The translations under genes were made by a program, and so were the position numbers. The notes beneath the pieces were generated by a model. It ran no database searches, was not told the DNA's origin, and was given only the letters and a program-made list of their open reading frames with translations. From the sequence record MK373792.1: a stretch of DNA of 64,000 nt; one strand, given 5' to 3'. Within the stretch, counting starts at the first letter, position 1. Each line of letters begins with the position of its first letter. The stretch is from Escherichia phage vB_EcoS_VAH1. This document shows, piece after piece, positions 1-7,684 of this stretch.

Positions 1-17
1 GAAGAACCAAACAATAA

Positions 18-52
18 AGCCCCTAAGTCTTTCGACTAGGGGCTTTTCTTTT
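18..52 (+). terminator. Rho-independent terminator-like hairpin with T-run
   Basis: Stem AGCCCCTA/TAGGGGCT with inner GTC/GAC pairing, followed by TTTTCTTTT on the + strand. Confidence 0.45.
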
Positions 53-60
53 ATCTTAAA

Positions 61-99
61 TACAGAAAAGCCCTGCGCTCTCCAGGAAACGCAGGGCTT
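61..99 (-). terminator. Rho-independent terminator downstream of the SPFH gene
   Basis: Perfect 10-bp stem AAGCCCTGCG/CGCAGGGCTT; an A-run precedes it on + (a T-run on the - strand), just 3' of the CDS ending at 123. Confidence 0.5.
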
Positions 100-122
100 A
101 TTTCAGATGTTACATGCGGGTA

Positions 123-1070
123 TTATTTATTACGCATATCCATAATCATTTGGCCATCATAGCCAGTGCCAACCACAGTCTGCGGTACACCACCTTGGTA
201 TTTCTGAGCACGAATCATTTCAACTTCCAGTTGCTTCCAGCGAATCATCTCAGGAGTAATGGTACGTTGCAACGCGGCGTTAGCTTCAGCTTCTTTCTTA
301 GCTGCGTACAGTTTGGCATCTGCGTCACGCTCATTGGCAATAGCTTGGTTATTACGAGCTTCGCGATCTGCTTCTGCTTGTTTAACCTTCTGCTGTGCTT
401 CTTGTTCAACACGAGCCAGTTCAGCTTTCGCAGCATTAACTTGCTCTTCACGAACTTTGGTATTCTGTACCTGTTCCATGATTACCGGTGGCAAAGTAAT
501 ATCCTGAAGGAATACCTGCTTAACTGTATAACCATATGGGCGTGCATACTCTTCAACTTCCTGTTGAATTGCAGTTTGCAATTGAGCCTGAATTTTAGCA
601 TCAAACAAATCTTGTGCTTTAGGTACAGACTTACCAAACTCACGAATAGTAGACAGTAATTTTTCAGTTACATATTTATCTAGTGCTTGATCCTGGGTGC
701 CTGCGTTAATACGGTTAATCGGTGCCTTAGAACCATCAAATTGTAACATAACAGTCAGGTCAACAGTGGATTTAAACTTATCTTGGCTAGGAACCTGAAG
801 TTTATCTAATTTTACAGCAATATCTTTTGTACTAAAAGTATCGAAAGATGCAAATGGGTTTACAAGATGGAAACCAGGTAATACTGGGTTAGGATCTACT
901 TTACCTAGAAATGTTTGGGTTTTAACCGTACCATCAGAAACAATAGTATATGAATTAAAAGCTAGGATTAAACCTGCTAAACCAACTACAGCACCAATAC
1001 CCCAACGTTTAATAGTGCGAATTACTTTTTGCTCAGAAGTCAGTTCTTTCATATTTTTAGTATTAAACAT
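123..1070 (-). CDS. SPFH/band-7 (prohibitin/HflC-like) membrane protein
   Basis: 315 aa; N-terminal hydrophobic segment (IGAVVGLAGLILAF), band-7 core, then a Gln/Ala/Glu-rich coiled-coil tail; AAGGAA ribosome-binding site 5 nt before the ATG. Confidence 0.75.
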   Translation of the reverse strand: MFNTKNMKELTSEQKVIRTIKRWGIGAVVGLAGLILAFNSYTIVSDGTVKTQTFLGKVDPNPVLPGFHLVNPFASFDTFSTKDIAVKLDKLQVPSQDKFKSTVDLTVMLQFDGSKAPINRINAGTQDQALDKYVTEKLLSTIREFGKSVPKAQDLFDAKIQAQLQTAIQQEVEEYARPYGYTVKQVFLQDITLPPVIMEQVQNTKVREEQVNAAKAELARVEQEAQQKVKQAEADREARNNQAIANERDADAKLYAAKKEAEANAALQRTITPEMIRWKQLEVEMIRAQKYQGGVPQTVVGTGYDGQMIMDMRNK

Positions 1071-1104
1071 ATATTTCCTTTGTTTTAGTTACAGTTAATA
1101 AAAT

Positions 1105-1179
1105 TGGCCGAGGTGACAGGATTCGAACCTGCATAAAGGAATTTAGAAGACTCCTGCCTCTCCCTTAGACTACACCCCG
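1105..1179 (-). tRNA. tRNA-Arg (anticodon UCU), CCA encoded
   Basis: Hand-folded cloverleaf: acceptor CGGGGTG/CACCTCG, D-arm with GG, anticodon stem GGAGT/ATTCC with loop CUUCUAA, T-arm GCAGG-TTCGAAT-CCTGT, discriminator G plus CCA. Confidence 0.8.
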
Positions 1180-1682
1180 TTTAAGTATTTTTAAGAACTC
1201 TCGTAAAAACTCTTAAAAATACAGACGATACCGGGAGAGTCATAAGTCTCACTCATTAAGTATTTCAAGACAAAATACAGTAACGTCTATTATTTTCCAG
1301 TTTAAGTCAGGGTGACTTAGTGGTTATGTCCTGCGGTATATTGAGGACTCGGTTAGGCTTTGGGGTCATGACTTCCCGCCTTTTGCTGCTACTCAACAGG
1401 AGTTATCGCGAATTACCTGTGCTATTGTGCACCATTAGTGACATCTCTCATGTCAGCATTTCCCACTTTGTGGATAGCTTGAAAAACTACTCCGATATGG
1501 AGAAAGAACTTCACTATCCTAGAATACCTTCTAAAGTTCTTCTTTAGCCTGGACATAGTTAAATCGTAATAAAACTATTCAGCAGACTGGTTGGTTAGTC
1601 TGGAACCAACTACCGCGTGGTTTAGGCAGTGCGCAACTAACCTCGGAAGCTTTTACGTTAAAAGCATCAGTTATCCAGTTCT

Positions 1683-1754
1683 TACCGACCGTAGGATTCG
1701 AACCTACATCTTCCACCAGTTACGGCTTGATAATACCAATTATACTAGGACGGC
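1683..1754 (-). tRNA. tRNA-like element (possible pseudo-tRNA); anticodon arm not foldable by eye
   Basis: Canonical T-arm GTAGG-TTCGAAT-CCTAC, 6 of 7 acceptor pairs (GCCGTCC/GGTCGGT), D-loop AATTGGTA, but no 5-bp anticodon stem found. Confidence 0.35.
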
Positions 1755-1992
1755 AGTGTTACTACATAAGTGATTTCCACACCCCACTATCAGTAAATTA
1801 GAGAAGAGTTTAGGGGAGAGGTTTCAGACGCCTCATTTTACACGTTCTAGCCACTAACCGGGATTGCCGCCCCCTGTGTACTAGTTTTACAACTAACCCA
1901 CCGACTCTATTCAACGAATCTTAGTGCTCGACGCATCTTACATTAAGACAAGTTCAGCGTAATCGGCTCGCTGTTCCCTAATTTATGAATAT

Positions 1993-2021
1993 ATTATACA
2001 GAATTTAAAGGCATTTAGCAA
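1993..2021 (-). promoter_or_regulatory. T5-type early sigma70 promoter (TTGCTA-N17-TATAAT) reading leftward into the tRNA region
   Basis: On the - strand: TTGCTAAATGCCTTTAAATTCTGTATAAT with AT-rich flanks; one of a repeated promoter family. Confidence 0.6.
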
Positions 2022-2029
2022 ATAAATTT

Positions 2030-2473
2030 TTAATTAAATTCGCCAGCAATCTGAGCAGCAGTACCACCATCATAACGCCCAGGAAATTCTTCCTTAATCG
2101 CTTTCATCAGCATACCTTTTGTAATTCCAGGGTTTAGCTTAACTAATTCTGCAAAGTATTTACGAATCTCAGTATCAGATAACTGAGGAGGCAGATACTC
2201 CTGCAACCACTTATTTAGAATGTATTCATACTGAGCGGACTGCAAGCTATAACTATCAAGATCTTGACCATGAAGTTTAGCTTTCATCTGGTTAATGCTT
2301 TTTAGTTGAGCTTTGAGATAAGACACAAATTGTTCAGAAGTGATGAAATCTTTATCAATACGCTGAAGATCCCCGATTATGGTCTGATAGCTTTTAGCGA
2401 CTTCTTTATCAGAACCATTAAACTTAGAATCCTGCAAAGCTCTACGCAAAACATCTAAAATATTCTCTTCCAT
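2030..2473 (-). CDS. Hypothetical early protein
   Basis: 147-aa ORF; its ATG overlaps the stop of the upstream small ORF (TAATG), suggesting translational coupling. Confidence 0.6.
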   Translation of the reverse strand: MEENILDVLRRALQDSKFNGSDKEVAKSYQTIIGDLQRIDKDFITSEQFVSYLKAQLKSINQMKAKLHGQDLDSYSLQSAQYEYILNKWLQEYLPPQLSDTEIRKYFAELVKLNPGITKGMLMKAIKEEFPGRYDGGTAAQIAGEFN

Positions 2474-2643
2474 TATTTCATTCCTAACGCTTGGTTAAAA
2501 GATTGTTCCGTCATAACTGCTGAGACTTTGGCGAAATCAAACTTTTTAGGGTTCGTAGTGATCTCAGCAACGTTAGAAGTTTTAACAGTTTTCGTAGTAC
2601 GAATACCGCGAGTGTTAACACCAATAATTACAACTGATTTCAT
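2473..2643 (-). CDS. Small hypothetical protein (~56 aa), absent from the ORF track
   Basis: ATG at 2643 preceded by GAGAGGAAG and by the promoter at 2675-2703; stop overlaps the next gene's ATG. Confidence 0.45.
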   Translation of the reverse strand: MKSVVIIGVNTRGIRTTKTVKTSNVAEITTNPKKFDFAKVSAVMTEQSFNQALGMK

Positions 2644-2674
2644 ATTTCGCTTCCTCTCATTAATTTATGGAAGT

Positions 2675-2703
2675 ATTATACGGAAATTTAAGTATTTAAG
2701 CAA
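2675..2703 (-). promoter_or_regulatory. T5-type early promoter (TTGCTT-N17-TATAAT)
   Basis: The -35 and -10 hexamers are spaced 17 nt apart on the - strand, about 30 nt upstream of the ATG at 2643. Confidence 0.55.
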
Positions 2704-2711
2704 GTAAATTT

Positions 2712-3161
2712 TTAAGTTTTAGTGACAACAGGTTTATAAAACGTATGTCCCTTAATCTTAGTTGTTTTCTTAAACTTCTTTGTCCAGTAAGGTTTATCTT
2801 TACCACTATGGAAGTATAGTGCTCCATATGTAGGATCTTGTGGTAAATCAACGTAGTATATCACTCTAGCTAAATTCTTAGCGGTTTGCCAAGCCTCATC
2901 AGTTTTATCAACTTTTGGTCTCTTAGATACCCAAGAGAACTGGTTAGACTGATATACTACTTTACAGTAGGAATCTGGGAATTTACCGGAGTTTACACGG
3001 TTTTTAGTAACGTGTGCAATCGCCGTCATTCCCTTTATGCCCTCACCACGACTTTCGAAATAGATATTTTTAGCAATGCAATCTATTTCTTTTGCATCGT
3101 GCGATGCCTGACTACTAAAGCTGAAGGTAAGGGCAGCTACTAAAAGCAAAGCTGCCTTCAT
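2712..3161 (-). CDS. Secreted cell-wall hydrolase (SleB/Hydrolase_2-like) with signal peptide
   Basis: ORF-track frame 2712..3179; likely start is the ATG at 3161 (MKAALLLVAALTFSFSSQA signal peptide, AGGAG 8 nt upstream); mature region has the FESRGEG motif typical of SleB-type hydrolases. Confidence 0.65.
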   Translation of the reverse strand: MKAALLLVAALTFSFSSQASHDAKEIDCIAKNIYFESRGEGIKGMTAIAHVTKNRVNSGKFPDSYCKVVYQSNQFSWVSKRPKVDKTDEAWQTAKNLARVIYYVDLPQDPTYGALYFHSGKDKPYWTKKFKKTTKIKGHTFYKPVVTKT

Positions 3162-3166
3162 TCTTT

Positions 3167-3484
3167 TTACTCCTGCCAATCATATTCAACACGATTGGGA
3201 TTTTCTTTATACCCTAAGTCAAGCAAATCATTACGCATATTTTGCTTAGCTACTGGGTTCGAGGTTACTAGTACCACTTTCTTTGGTCTCTGCCCAAATT
3301 CTAAGAGTAAGCGAAGAATTTGATAACCTTCCATACCATCTACAGCCAAGTCATTATCCATATAAACGAAATGGCCTGTGGTATCAGTTTTATTCAGAAA
3401 CTCTACAGCGGCTTCTGGGGTTCGAATGATAATGTCCATTCCGTGAAGATTACGCACATCATCAATCAAAATATGAAAAGTCAT
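3167..3484 (-). CDS. Stand-alone receiver (CheY-like REC)-like small protein
   Basis: 105 aa; the pattern ILIDD...YMDNDL...VVLVTSNP resembles the acidic pocket, phospho-acceptor Asp and conserved Thr of receiver domains; weak, by eye. Confidence 0.45.
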   Translation of the reverse strand: MTFHILIDDVRNLHGMDIIIRTPEAAVEFLNKTDTTGHFVYMDNDLAVDGMEGYQILRLLLEFGQRPKKVVLVTSNPVAKQNMRNDLLDLGYKENPNRVEYDWQE

Positions 3485-3514
3485 AATAGCCTCGTTTCAT
3501 CAATTTAAAAATAT

Positions 3515-3543
3515 ATTATACAGATAACTTAGTAAATTAGCAA
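3515..3543 (-). promoter_or_regulatory. T5-type early promoter (TTGCTA-N17-TATAAT)
   Basis: Consensus hexamers with 17-nt spacer on the - strand, about 30 nt upstream of the start at 3484. Confidence 0.6.
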
Positions 3544-3926
3544 ATACATTTTTAAATTGTGAAACTAGTAAACCGATAAACAGCCTAGAGGCGCCACAGG
3601 CCATATCTTACGAGCCATGTACCTTTGATCTAGGGTTTGAATCATCAACGAATACTTTGCATCTTTTAGCTTTAGAAGTTTAGAAGTTTGAGTTCTTTAA
3701 ACTTTTCAGCTTTCATACTTAAATGTTGATCTTTGAAGTTGTGTCGGTAATATCAACGACGCTTTGTTTTTACGTGTCAGATTAAGTGTCTGATGTAATA
3801 AACATAATCTCCAATAGATTATACTTTATAGTATGGTCAGCGGTCTTATTTAACCTCGTATTTCAACCGCTGCTGCGAGGTAAGATGCTTGGGCTTTCGT
3901 CTACCGATTTACTAGCTTTTAAATTA

Positions 3927-4565
3927 TTACTCTACTTCAATGAAGGTAGAGGCGTTAGACTCGGACAGAACAAAGTCAACATTTGTTGCAAAGTCCTGGT
4001 ATTCCTCGTCATGCTGCTTAATCAGCTTTTCCAGTTCCAGCGGATCAATCAAGAATGGAGTATTCTTGAGTTCCAGCAGGTTGAGCTGCATTTTAACTTC
4101 ATCTTCGGAAGTTTTCTTATCGCGGGTAGCCATGCTATCCTGCAAACGCTCATATTTAGCATCAAACTGTGCTTTCTGCGTATTAAACTTAACCGTAGCG
4201 GCATGGAACTGCTTACGCATGTTAGCCAGCAGTTGGGCTTTAAGTTCCATAGAACGCTTAGCTTCAATTGCTTCCGCAACAGTCATCTTACGAGAGCCAA
4301 TCTCAACGATTGTTTCAGCATTGCTTTTAATCAGAGCAGCTTTGATACGATCACGCTGGGACATCATATCCAGGAGAGATTGGAAATCTGCCTTAATACG
4401 AGCGGACAGATCGTCTACTTCGATTGCAGCGCCAACTACAACCTTATTTTTATCCTTACCTTCACCAACAGCGATCAGAAGCTGTTGTTCAGTAGCTTTA
4501 CGGATTTTAGCTTCCAGAGATTTGATAGTTGCCAGAGCGCGAGTTTTAGAAATACGAGTAGTCAT
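3927..4565 (-). CDS. Hypothetical coiled-coil early protein
   Basis: 212-aa ORF with AAGGAA ribosome-binding site; charged, helical composition. Confidence 0.6.
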   Translation of the reverse strand: MTTRISKTRALATIKSLEAKIRKATEQQLLIAVGEGKDKNKVVVGAAIEVDDLSARIKADFQSLLDMMSQRDRIKAALIKSNAETIVEIGSRKMTVAEAIEAKRSMELKAQLLANMRKQFHAATVKFNTQKAQFDAKYERLQDSMATRDKKTSEDEVKMQLNLLELKNTPFLIDPLELEKLIKQHDEEYQDFATNVDFVLSESNASTFIEVE

Positions 4566-4618
4566 TATTTGCTTCCTTATATGAAGTTTGAGATTTGAAT
4601 TTGTTTAAACTTGGTTTA

Positions 4619-4801
4619 TTACAGACCAATTGCCAGCAGAGTGCGCAGAACAGTATCGTTACTGTTATCAATTTTAGGATTAGCACGATTTAGCAGATCA
4701 AAGATTTTCTGGACACCTGATTGACGTTCAGCCATACGACGGATACCCAGATTACGAGTAGCTTTCTTACCATTTTTACGAACATTTTTAGATACTGGCA
4801 T
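4619..4801 (-). CDS. Small basic hypothetical protein (60 aa)
   Basis: ATG with AAAGGAAA ribosome-binding site, directly downstream of the promoter at 4842-4870; Lys/Arg-rich. Confidence 0.5.
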   Translation of the reverse strand: MPVSKNVRKNGKKATRNLGIRRMAERQSGVQKIFDLLNRANPKIDNSNDTVLRTLLAIGL

Positions 4802-4841
4802 ATTTGTTTTCCTTTTATTGTTTTCTCAAATTTATGAATAT

Positions 4842-4870
4842 ATTATACAGAATTTTGGGGCCGGAAGCAA
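4842..4870 (-). promoter_or_regulatory. T5-type early promoter (TTGCTT-N17-TATAAT)
   Basis: Consensus -35/-10 on the - strand between the genes at 4801 and 4872. Confidence 0.6.
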
Positions 4871-4871
4871 A

Positions 4872-5573
4872 TCAAATTTTCATTTTTTCGATCATAGCTG
4901 CAACACAATAGCTTTCAACTAAGGCATCAAATGCAGGATCATGCTTAACCGGATAGATCCCATAACGAATAGTGTCCATCTTCTCCATTTTAGCTATTGC
5001 CCAGCTAATACCTTCGGTCTCTAGAGCCTTATAACTGTATCCAGCTTGCATCCAGAGATTACGAAGAGATCGAACATTACCCAAATTCCAGAATTTCCAC
5101 GGAACTACCTCTTCATTGGTTCCAGCATGGAACGTGTTTGCAGAGTAGATAGTCATATCAAACTCTGGACCATTGCCATAATACAAAGCATTTTCGCCTA
5201 GAGCCAACTCCATAATATTTTGAGCCATAGAGAAGGCAGCATAGTTAGAGCCGAGCTTATTAGTACAGTGATGTTTACCGTCTTGAAAAGCAATCAGCTT
5301 TGGATTGCATTCCCTCATAGCTTCCATAATATGTAGAGCTGATGGACTATTTTTAGCTTGATCCATCCAGAATGCTAGAGTAGATGCCGTAACTTTAGCT
5401 CCAGAATTAAGCTGATCTTGTACATCCAAAATAACAAACACTAGACCAGGATCTTTATCAATTCCGTGCATAGCCACAAAAGCGAAAGAAGGCATTACGA
5501 TATGAGTAGTACCACAATCTCCTGGAGTTCCTAAAGATTCAATATCTAGCATACCAAATGGTTTTACTTTCAT
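4872..5573 (-). CDS. DEDDh-type 3'-5' exonuclease-like protein
   Basis: 233 aa; Exo I-like DIESLG near the N-terminus and Exo III-like HDPAFDA near the C-terminus; AAAGGA ribosome-binding site. Confidence 0.5.
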   Translation of the reverse strand: MKVKPFGMLDIESLGTPGDCGTTHIVMPSFAFVAMHGIDKDPGLVFVILDVQDQLNSGAKVTASTLAFWMDQAKNSPSALHIMEAMRECNPKLIAFQDGKHHCTNKLGSNYAAFSMAQNIMELALGENALYYGNGPEFDMTIYSANTFHAGTNEEVVPWKFWNLGNVRSLRNLWMQAGYSYKALETEGISWAIAKMEKMDTIRYGIYPVKHDPAFDALVESYCVAAMIEKMKI

Positions 5574-5601
5574 AACTTATCCTTTATTGCGTAGAAAACT
5601 A

Positions 5602-5838
5602 TTAAAGAGCTGTCTCTTTAATAGACTCCCACTTCTTGGGGTCTTTAAAACCAGGAAGCATATCCTCACTGACATCCCAGTTCTCTTCCATAGAGAAGTC
5701 AGGCCATTCATTCCAGCTACCTTCCAATTCTTCATAACAGGTATCCATTACCTCATGACTAGAAAGTCGTGTATAATCTCTAGCGGACTTATGAGTGCTA
5801 GCACGGTTAAAATCATTCTTTGCTACAAAATTACGCAT
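5602..5838 (-). CDS. Hypothetical acidic small protein
   Basis: 78-aa ORF with GGAGAAACT ribosome-binding site; Trp/Glu/Asp-rich. Confidence 0.5.
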   Translation of the reverse strand: MRNFVAKNDFNRASTHKSARDYTRLSSHEVMDTCYEELEGSWNEWPDFSMEENWDVSEDMLPGFKDPKKWESIKETAL

Positions 5839-5852
5839 AGTTTCTCCAAACT

Positions 5853-5874
5853 AAGAGGGGCTTTCGCCCCTCTT
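5853..5874 (-). other. Intergenic GC-rich hairpin (attenuator or RNA-processing site) between two early genes
   Basis: Stem AAGAGGGGC/GCCCCTCTT with TTTC loop; no strong U-run, immediately followed by the ribosome-binding site of the next gene. Confidence 0.4.
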
Positions 5875-5879
5875 ATCTA

Positions 5880-6395
5880 TTACTTCGCTTTACATTTACG
5901 AGCTGGTTTAGCAGATTTATGAGCAGAATCGCCCGTGAATTTAATCCCTACACCGTAGCACAGAGCACGAACGTTATCTTTGCTATACTCTACACCGAAG
6001 ATATTTGGCTTAACAGAACCAAACTGTCCACGAGCATCACGCAGTACATCTGCCGTTGGTTTACGCTTCTGGTTAACTGCTTTCTCATAATCTTTCATGG
6101 CCATGCCATTACGAGAGAACAATTCAGCTCCAGCATTGAAACTCAGTGTTACTGGAACAGATTTGTGACCATAACCCTGTACATAGGTCACAAGGCGGGC
6201 TACAGAACGAGTAGCATTCTTAGCCTTCGGCTTTTGACGAATCGGAGCCGGACGATTCAGTGCCTGTGCAGCTTGAGCATCAGTAGGATGCTTGCGCAGG
6301 TGGCGTTCCAGACGAGCTTTGCGGTTAGCCTCAGTCTGCGGGAAAGTTTTAACTGTAGTAGCTGCTTGAGTTTTTGCGTTTTTCTGCTTAGCCAT
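5880..6395 (-). CDS. Hypothetical basic protein
   Basis: 171-aa ORF rich in Lys/Arg/Ala; preferred-codon usage; downstream of the promoter at 6434-6462. Confidence 0.55.
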   Translation of the reverse strand: MAKQKNAKTQAATTVKTFPQTEANRKARLERHLRKHPTDAQAAQALNRPAPIRQKPKAKNATRSVARLVTYVQGYGHKSVPVTLSFNAGAELFSRNGMAMKDYEKAVNQKRKPTADVLRDARGQFGSVKPNIFGVEYSKDNVRALCYGVGIKFTGDSAHKSAKPARKCKAK

Positions 6396-6433
6396 TATTT
6401 GTTTTCCTTTTTGTTTATCAATTTATGAAGTAT

Positions 6434-6462
6434 ATTATACGAGAATTTGAAGCGTTTAGCAA
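6434..6462 (-). promoter_or_regulatory. T5-type early promoter (TTGCTA-N17-TATAAT)
   Basis: Consensus hexamers on the - strand with AT-rich upstream element. Confidence 0.6.
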
Positions 6463-6478
6463 ATGAATTTTTTAAAAA

Positions 6479-6757
6479 TTATCTGCCGACCATCTTAGCT
6501 TGTTCTTCATCAGAAACGTATTGATATGCACCCTTGTTATACGCCGGAGCAGTGCACATCTTCTTACGCTCAATCTCTTCTTGAGCTTTTCTTTCGCGTT
6601 CAGCTAATTCTTCGTCCAGATAAACTAAACGTTGTTCTGGAGGGGGTGGAAGACGTGTTTCTGGCTCACCAATATTAGCCTTTCTTATTTGACGGGGTGA
6701 TTGTGCACGTTTTCTCAACGGTTTAAATCCTAATGAATTTGAGTTATAAATTCGCAT
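6479..6757 (-). CDS. Hypothetical protein
   Basis: 92-aa ORF with its own upstream promoter (6785-6813). Confidence 0.5.
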   Translation of the reverse strand: MRIYNSNSLGFKPLRKRAQSPRQIRKANIGEPETRLPPPPEQRLVYLDEELAERERKAQEEIERKKMCTAPAYNKGAYQYVSDEEQAKMVGR

Positions 6758-6784
6758 AAAGCCCTCCTCACTTTCAATACGAAT

Positions 6785-6813
6785 ATTATACTAAATTAGG
6801 GGGCTTTAAGCAA
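6785..6813 (-). promoter_or_regulatory. T5-type early promoter (TTGCTT-N17-TATAAT)
   Basis: Consensus hexamers on the - strand. Confidence 0.55.
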
Positions 6814-6833
6814 GAAGATTTTTAATTTATTTA

Positions 6834-7322
6834 TTACATCTCAGCCATTTCAGCTTCAGTAATAACTGTGTTACACAATGCATCTACAGCTTCATTACCA
6901 CTAATACCAGAATGTCCTTTAACCTTAATAAAGGTAGGATTAGTATTGTGAAAGTTGATATACTGCTGTGTTAATTTAAATGCTTCCTGCCAAAGTTCTA
7001 GATTAAGAGGGACTTCACCATCTGCTTTCTTCCAGCCTTTCCTTTGCCAAGAAAACATCCAACTTTCCATACCATTTTTGCAATAAGCAGAGTCAGTATA
7101 GATAGCAATTGGTCTATTATCTTTTTTAACAGACCAACGTAGGGCTTCTACGATAGCTGTGAGTTCCATCTCATTATTTGTAGTTTTAGGATTATAACCA
7201 GATTTAGAACCTAAACGATCGTCGTTATCATCATAGACAATAAAACCCCAAGCACCTGGACCTGGATTAGACTTACAAGCACCATCTGTGTAAATGTGGA
7301 AAACCGACATTATACCTCCCAA
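6834..7322 (-). CDS. rnhA: Ribonuclease HI
   Basis: 162 aa; the pattern TDGACKSNPGPGAWG...ELTAI...YTDS...VKGHSGISGNE matches the RNase H catalytic Asp/Glu/Asp/His motifs. Confidence 0.9.
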   Translation of the reverse strand: MGGIMSVFHIYTDGACKSNPGPGAWGFIVYDDNDDRLGSKSGYNPKTTNNEMELTAIVEALRWSVKKDNRPIAIYTDSAYCKNGMESWMFSWQRKGWKKADGEVPLNLELWQEAFKLTQQYINFHNTNPTFIKVKGHSGISGNEAVDALCNTVITEAEMAEM

Positions 7323-7591
7323 CTAATTTTAAGACCCATGTCTACAAAGGCGGCTTCTCGGTAGTATTGTGAGAGATGATACCCCTTATCCGATAAGGTT
7401 TTTAGTACCGATTTAGCTGCTCCTGGCATTTCTCTAGGATTATATAGCCACCTAGCGTAAGGATTATCTCGAATAATTACTTCTGTATTTCCAGACTTAG
7501 CAGCTTCTACAATCTTTTCTTCTATAAACTTTAGAAATGCGGGTACTTCTGTTAATCCTGCAAGTTCTTGGGCTTCTTTGGCTGAAATCAT
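7310..7591 (-). CDS. Hypothetical protein
   Basis: 93-aa ORF overlapping the RNase H start (operon-like), downstream of the promoter at 7617-7645. Confidence 0.5.
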   Translation of the reverse strand: MISAKEAQELAGLTEVPAFLKFIEEKIVEAAKSGNTEVIIRDNPYARWLYNPREMPGAAKSVLKTLSDKGYHLSQYYREAAFVDMGLKISWEV

Positions 7592-7616
7592 TGTATACCT
7601 CCAATTTATAAAATAT

Positions 7617-7645
7617 ATTATAGTTAAATTTCACTAAATAAGCAA
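7617..7645 (-). promoter_or_regulatory. T5-type early promoter (TTGCTT-N17-TATAAT)
   Basis: Consensus hexamers on the - strand. Confidence 0.55.
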
Positions 7646-7660
7646 ATGAAATTTAAATAT

Positions 7661-7680
7661 AATAGCCCCGAAGGGCTATT
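7661..7680 (-). terminator. Hairpin terminator after thyA
   Basis: Stem AATAGCCC/GGGCTATT with CGAA loop, immediately 3' of the thyA stop, AT-rich flank. Confidence 0.5.
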
Positions 7681-7684
7681 TAAG

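Noticed and set aside
114-659. 181-aa + strand ORF inside the SPFH gene region
   Set aside because: Antisense shadow of the - strand SPFH CDS; low-complexity Leu/Phe/Ser-rich translation and no start signals.
1320-1773. Two + strand ORFs (75 and 60 aa) in the tRNA region
   Set aside because: No ribosome-binding site or promoter; the second overlaps the tRNA-like element on the opposite strand; composition looks non-coding.
3786-4598. + strand ORFs of 270 and 214 aa overlapping the gene at 3927..4565
   Set aside because: Antisense to a well-supported - strand gene with ribosome-binding site; Ser/Leu/Cys-rich shadow translations.
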